A DNA stretch of 64,000 bases, taken from assembly GCA_977020255.1 (NCBI GenBank), contig CDROCS010000506.1, positions 1,054,001-1,118,000 of the forward strand. Direction: 5' to 3'. The notes beneath the pieces are model-generated. The model did not search any database, was not told the DNA's origin, and saw only the letters and a list, made by a program, of their open reading frames with translations. The DNA is from Obrimoposthia wandeli. Lineage: Eukaryota. Shown here in pieces: positions 62,797 to 64,000 of the stretch. The position numbers were made by a program, and so were the translations under genes. Positions within the stretch are counted from its first letter, which is position 1. Every line of letters begins with the position of its first letter.

Positions 62797-64000
62797 CTAC
62801 GCATGTTTGTTTACCATCGTCATCAAACGGCTCGACATATCGCTTAGGTCACCACTCACTTGCAACAGCTCACCGATACTTTTAGTCATAGCCTGAGCAT
62901 TCAATTCATTACTCTTCGTCACCGAGGTGACTTGTTCACTAGCTGACAGCACCCCGCTAATATTTTTATCTGTGTTAACAACATTTTCGGTAACACAGCT
63001 GATTTGGCCACTCATGTTAGTAACGGCATCAATAATTTCAGCAAATGTTTCGGCGTTTGTTTCAACAGCTTCATAACCATTATTTACATCCGAAGAGCTT
63101 TTTTCGATAAGTAACTTAATTTCGTTAGCTGATTCTGTACTGCGCTTGGAAAGGTTACGTACTTCATCCGCTACAACCGCAAATCCACGTCCCATTTCAC
63201 CAGCCCTAGCCGCTTCAATCGCGGCATTAAGCGCTAATAAATTCGTTTGATTGGCAATATCGGTAATCACCTTAATGGCTTTTTCAATCGCATCATTACT
63301 GTCTTTAATATCCGACATCGAAGTGATAGTCGCCGTCATCGCAATCGAACTGTTATCGGCTTGCTCTTCTGCGCGCAGAGAATCATTGCCCATAGCTTGA
63401 ATAATGCCACTAGCATTACCCACCAAAGTAGCGGTATCTTGCAGTAAATCGTTAATATGGCTGGTTGCCGATACTTGCTCACCGACACCATCATCGATGT
63501 CTTTAGCATATTGTGACATCACCGATAAATGAGTCGTCAGATCGCGAGAGGTTTGCATCAACTGCGTGACAGTTTCACCAACTTGATTAAATAACAGCTG
63601 TAATTCTTCACGGCTTTGTTCCGCCGCCTGTGACGCTGATTCAGCCGCTAACAATGCCGCCTGATTACTGGCTATCGCTTTACTGCGTAAGGTATTGTTG
63701 TAATGATTTGAAAACCAAATAGCGAGAGGAGGTAGCAATAACGCGGAATAATGTTCAACTTTGGCATCTTTTGCAGATAACACCAATTGTGGCAGTTCAT
63801 AACCACTGTAGTCCATCGCGATCATCACCACGTAAGTAATCACCATCACCACTGACCAAAAAAAGCCAGAGCGCGCATTCATTAATAAATAAGCAAAAAC
63901 GGTCATTGCCGCGATCCACATAATCGAATTTGAACTGGCACCACCGGTTTGAAACATTAAATTAGTGAGGTGGATCATACCGCCAAGTTGCATCACGTTA
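62797..64000 (-). CDS. Methyl-accepting chemotaxis protein, 5' end truncated by the window edge
   Basis: [40 protein letters not shown] signalling hairpin and several N-terminal TMs. The frame stays open to base 64000. Confidence 0.93.
   Translation of the reverse strand, partial: NVMQLGGMIHLTNLMFQTGGASSNSIMWIAAMTVFAYLLMNARSGFFWSVVMVITYVVMIAMDYSGYELPQLVLSAKDAKVEHYSALLLPPLAIWFSNHYNNTLRSKAIASNQAALLAAESASQAAEQSREELQLLFNQVGETVTQLMQTSRDLTTHLSVMSQYAKDIDDGVGEQVSATSHINDLLQDTATLVGNASGIIQAMGNDSLRAEEQADNSSIAMTATITSMSDIKDSNDAIEKAIKVITDIANQTNLLALNAAIEAARAGEMGRGFAVVADEVRNLSKRSTESANEIKLLIEKSSSDVNNGYEAVETNAETFAEIIDAVTNMSGQISCVTENVVNTDKNISGVLSASEQVTSVTKSNELNAQAMTKSIGELLQVSGDLSDMSSRLMTMVNKHA

Noticed and set aside
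62693-62896. 67-aa hydrophobic ORF MCLSYFFTILFLL...
   Set aside because: The hydrophobicity comes from the T-rich tandem repeat, the ORF overlaps the MCP 3' end, and it has no RBS.

Overview
64 kb of chromosomal DNA from a marine gammaproteobacterium. Gene content, a full-length hybrid ArcB, Vibrio-like operons and AT-rich intergenic DNA suggest Moritella or a close relative (inference). Most of the window is core metabolism and regulation: sdaA (partial), hexR-pykA, psrA-fadE, class I fumarase, pabB-nudL, mscS, a divergent hemF, an orphan parA, glpR, norR/norVW with a complete sigma54 promoter and three NorR boxes, purU, an Lrp-family regulator, a stand-alone fabH, a DGC-arcB-cls block, gltBD, mtnN-cbiB-btuF and a partial MCP. 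The most unusual part is an accessory envelope block at about 26.7-35.4 kb. It holds a FadL-subfamily outer-membrane channel plus a 1046-aa Ig-repeat lipoprotein (resembling the AupA/AupB hydrophobic-compound uptake pair), a divergent PdsO-like OmpA protein with no sortase genes beside it, an uncharacterised lipoprotein and a ToxR/CadC-type membrane-anchored regulator. Other leads are two candidate ncRNA loci (41.5 kb, 62.5 kb), an orphan SypO/Wzz-like protein behind a 25-bp tandem repeat, HexR-like boxes facing sdaA instead of zwf, and a HemF with substitutions in conserved motifs. I saw no rRNA, tRNA, CRISPR array, transposase or phage gene. All family assignments come from motif recognition by eye, not from database searches.
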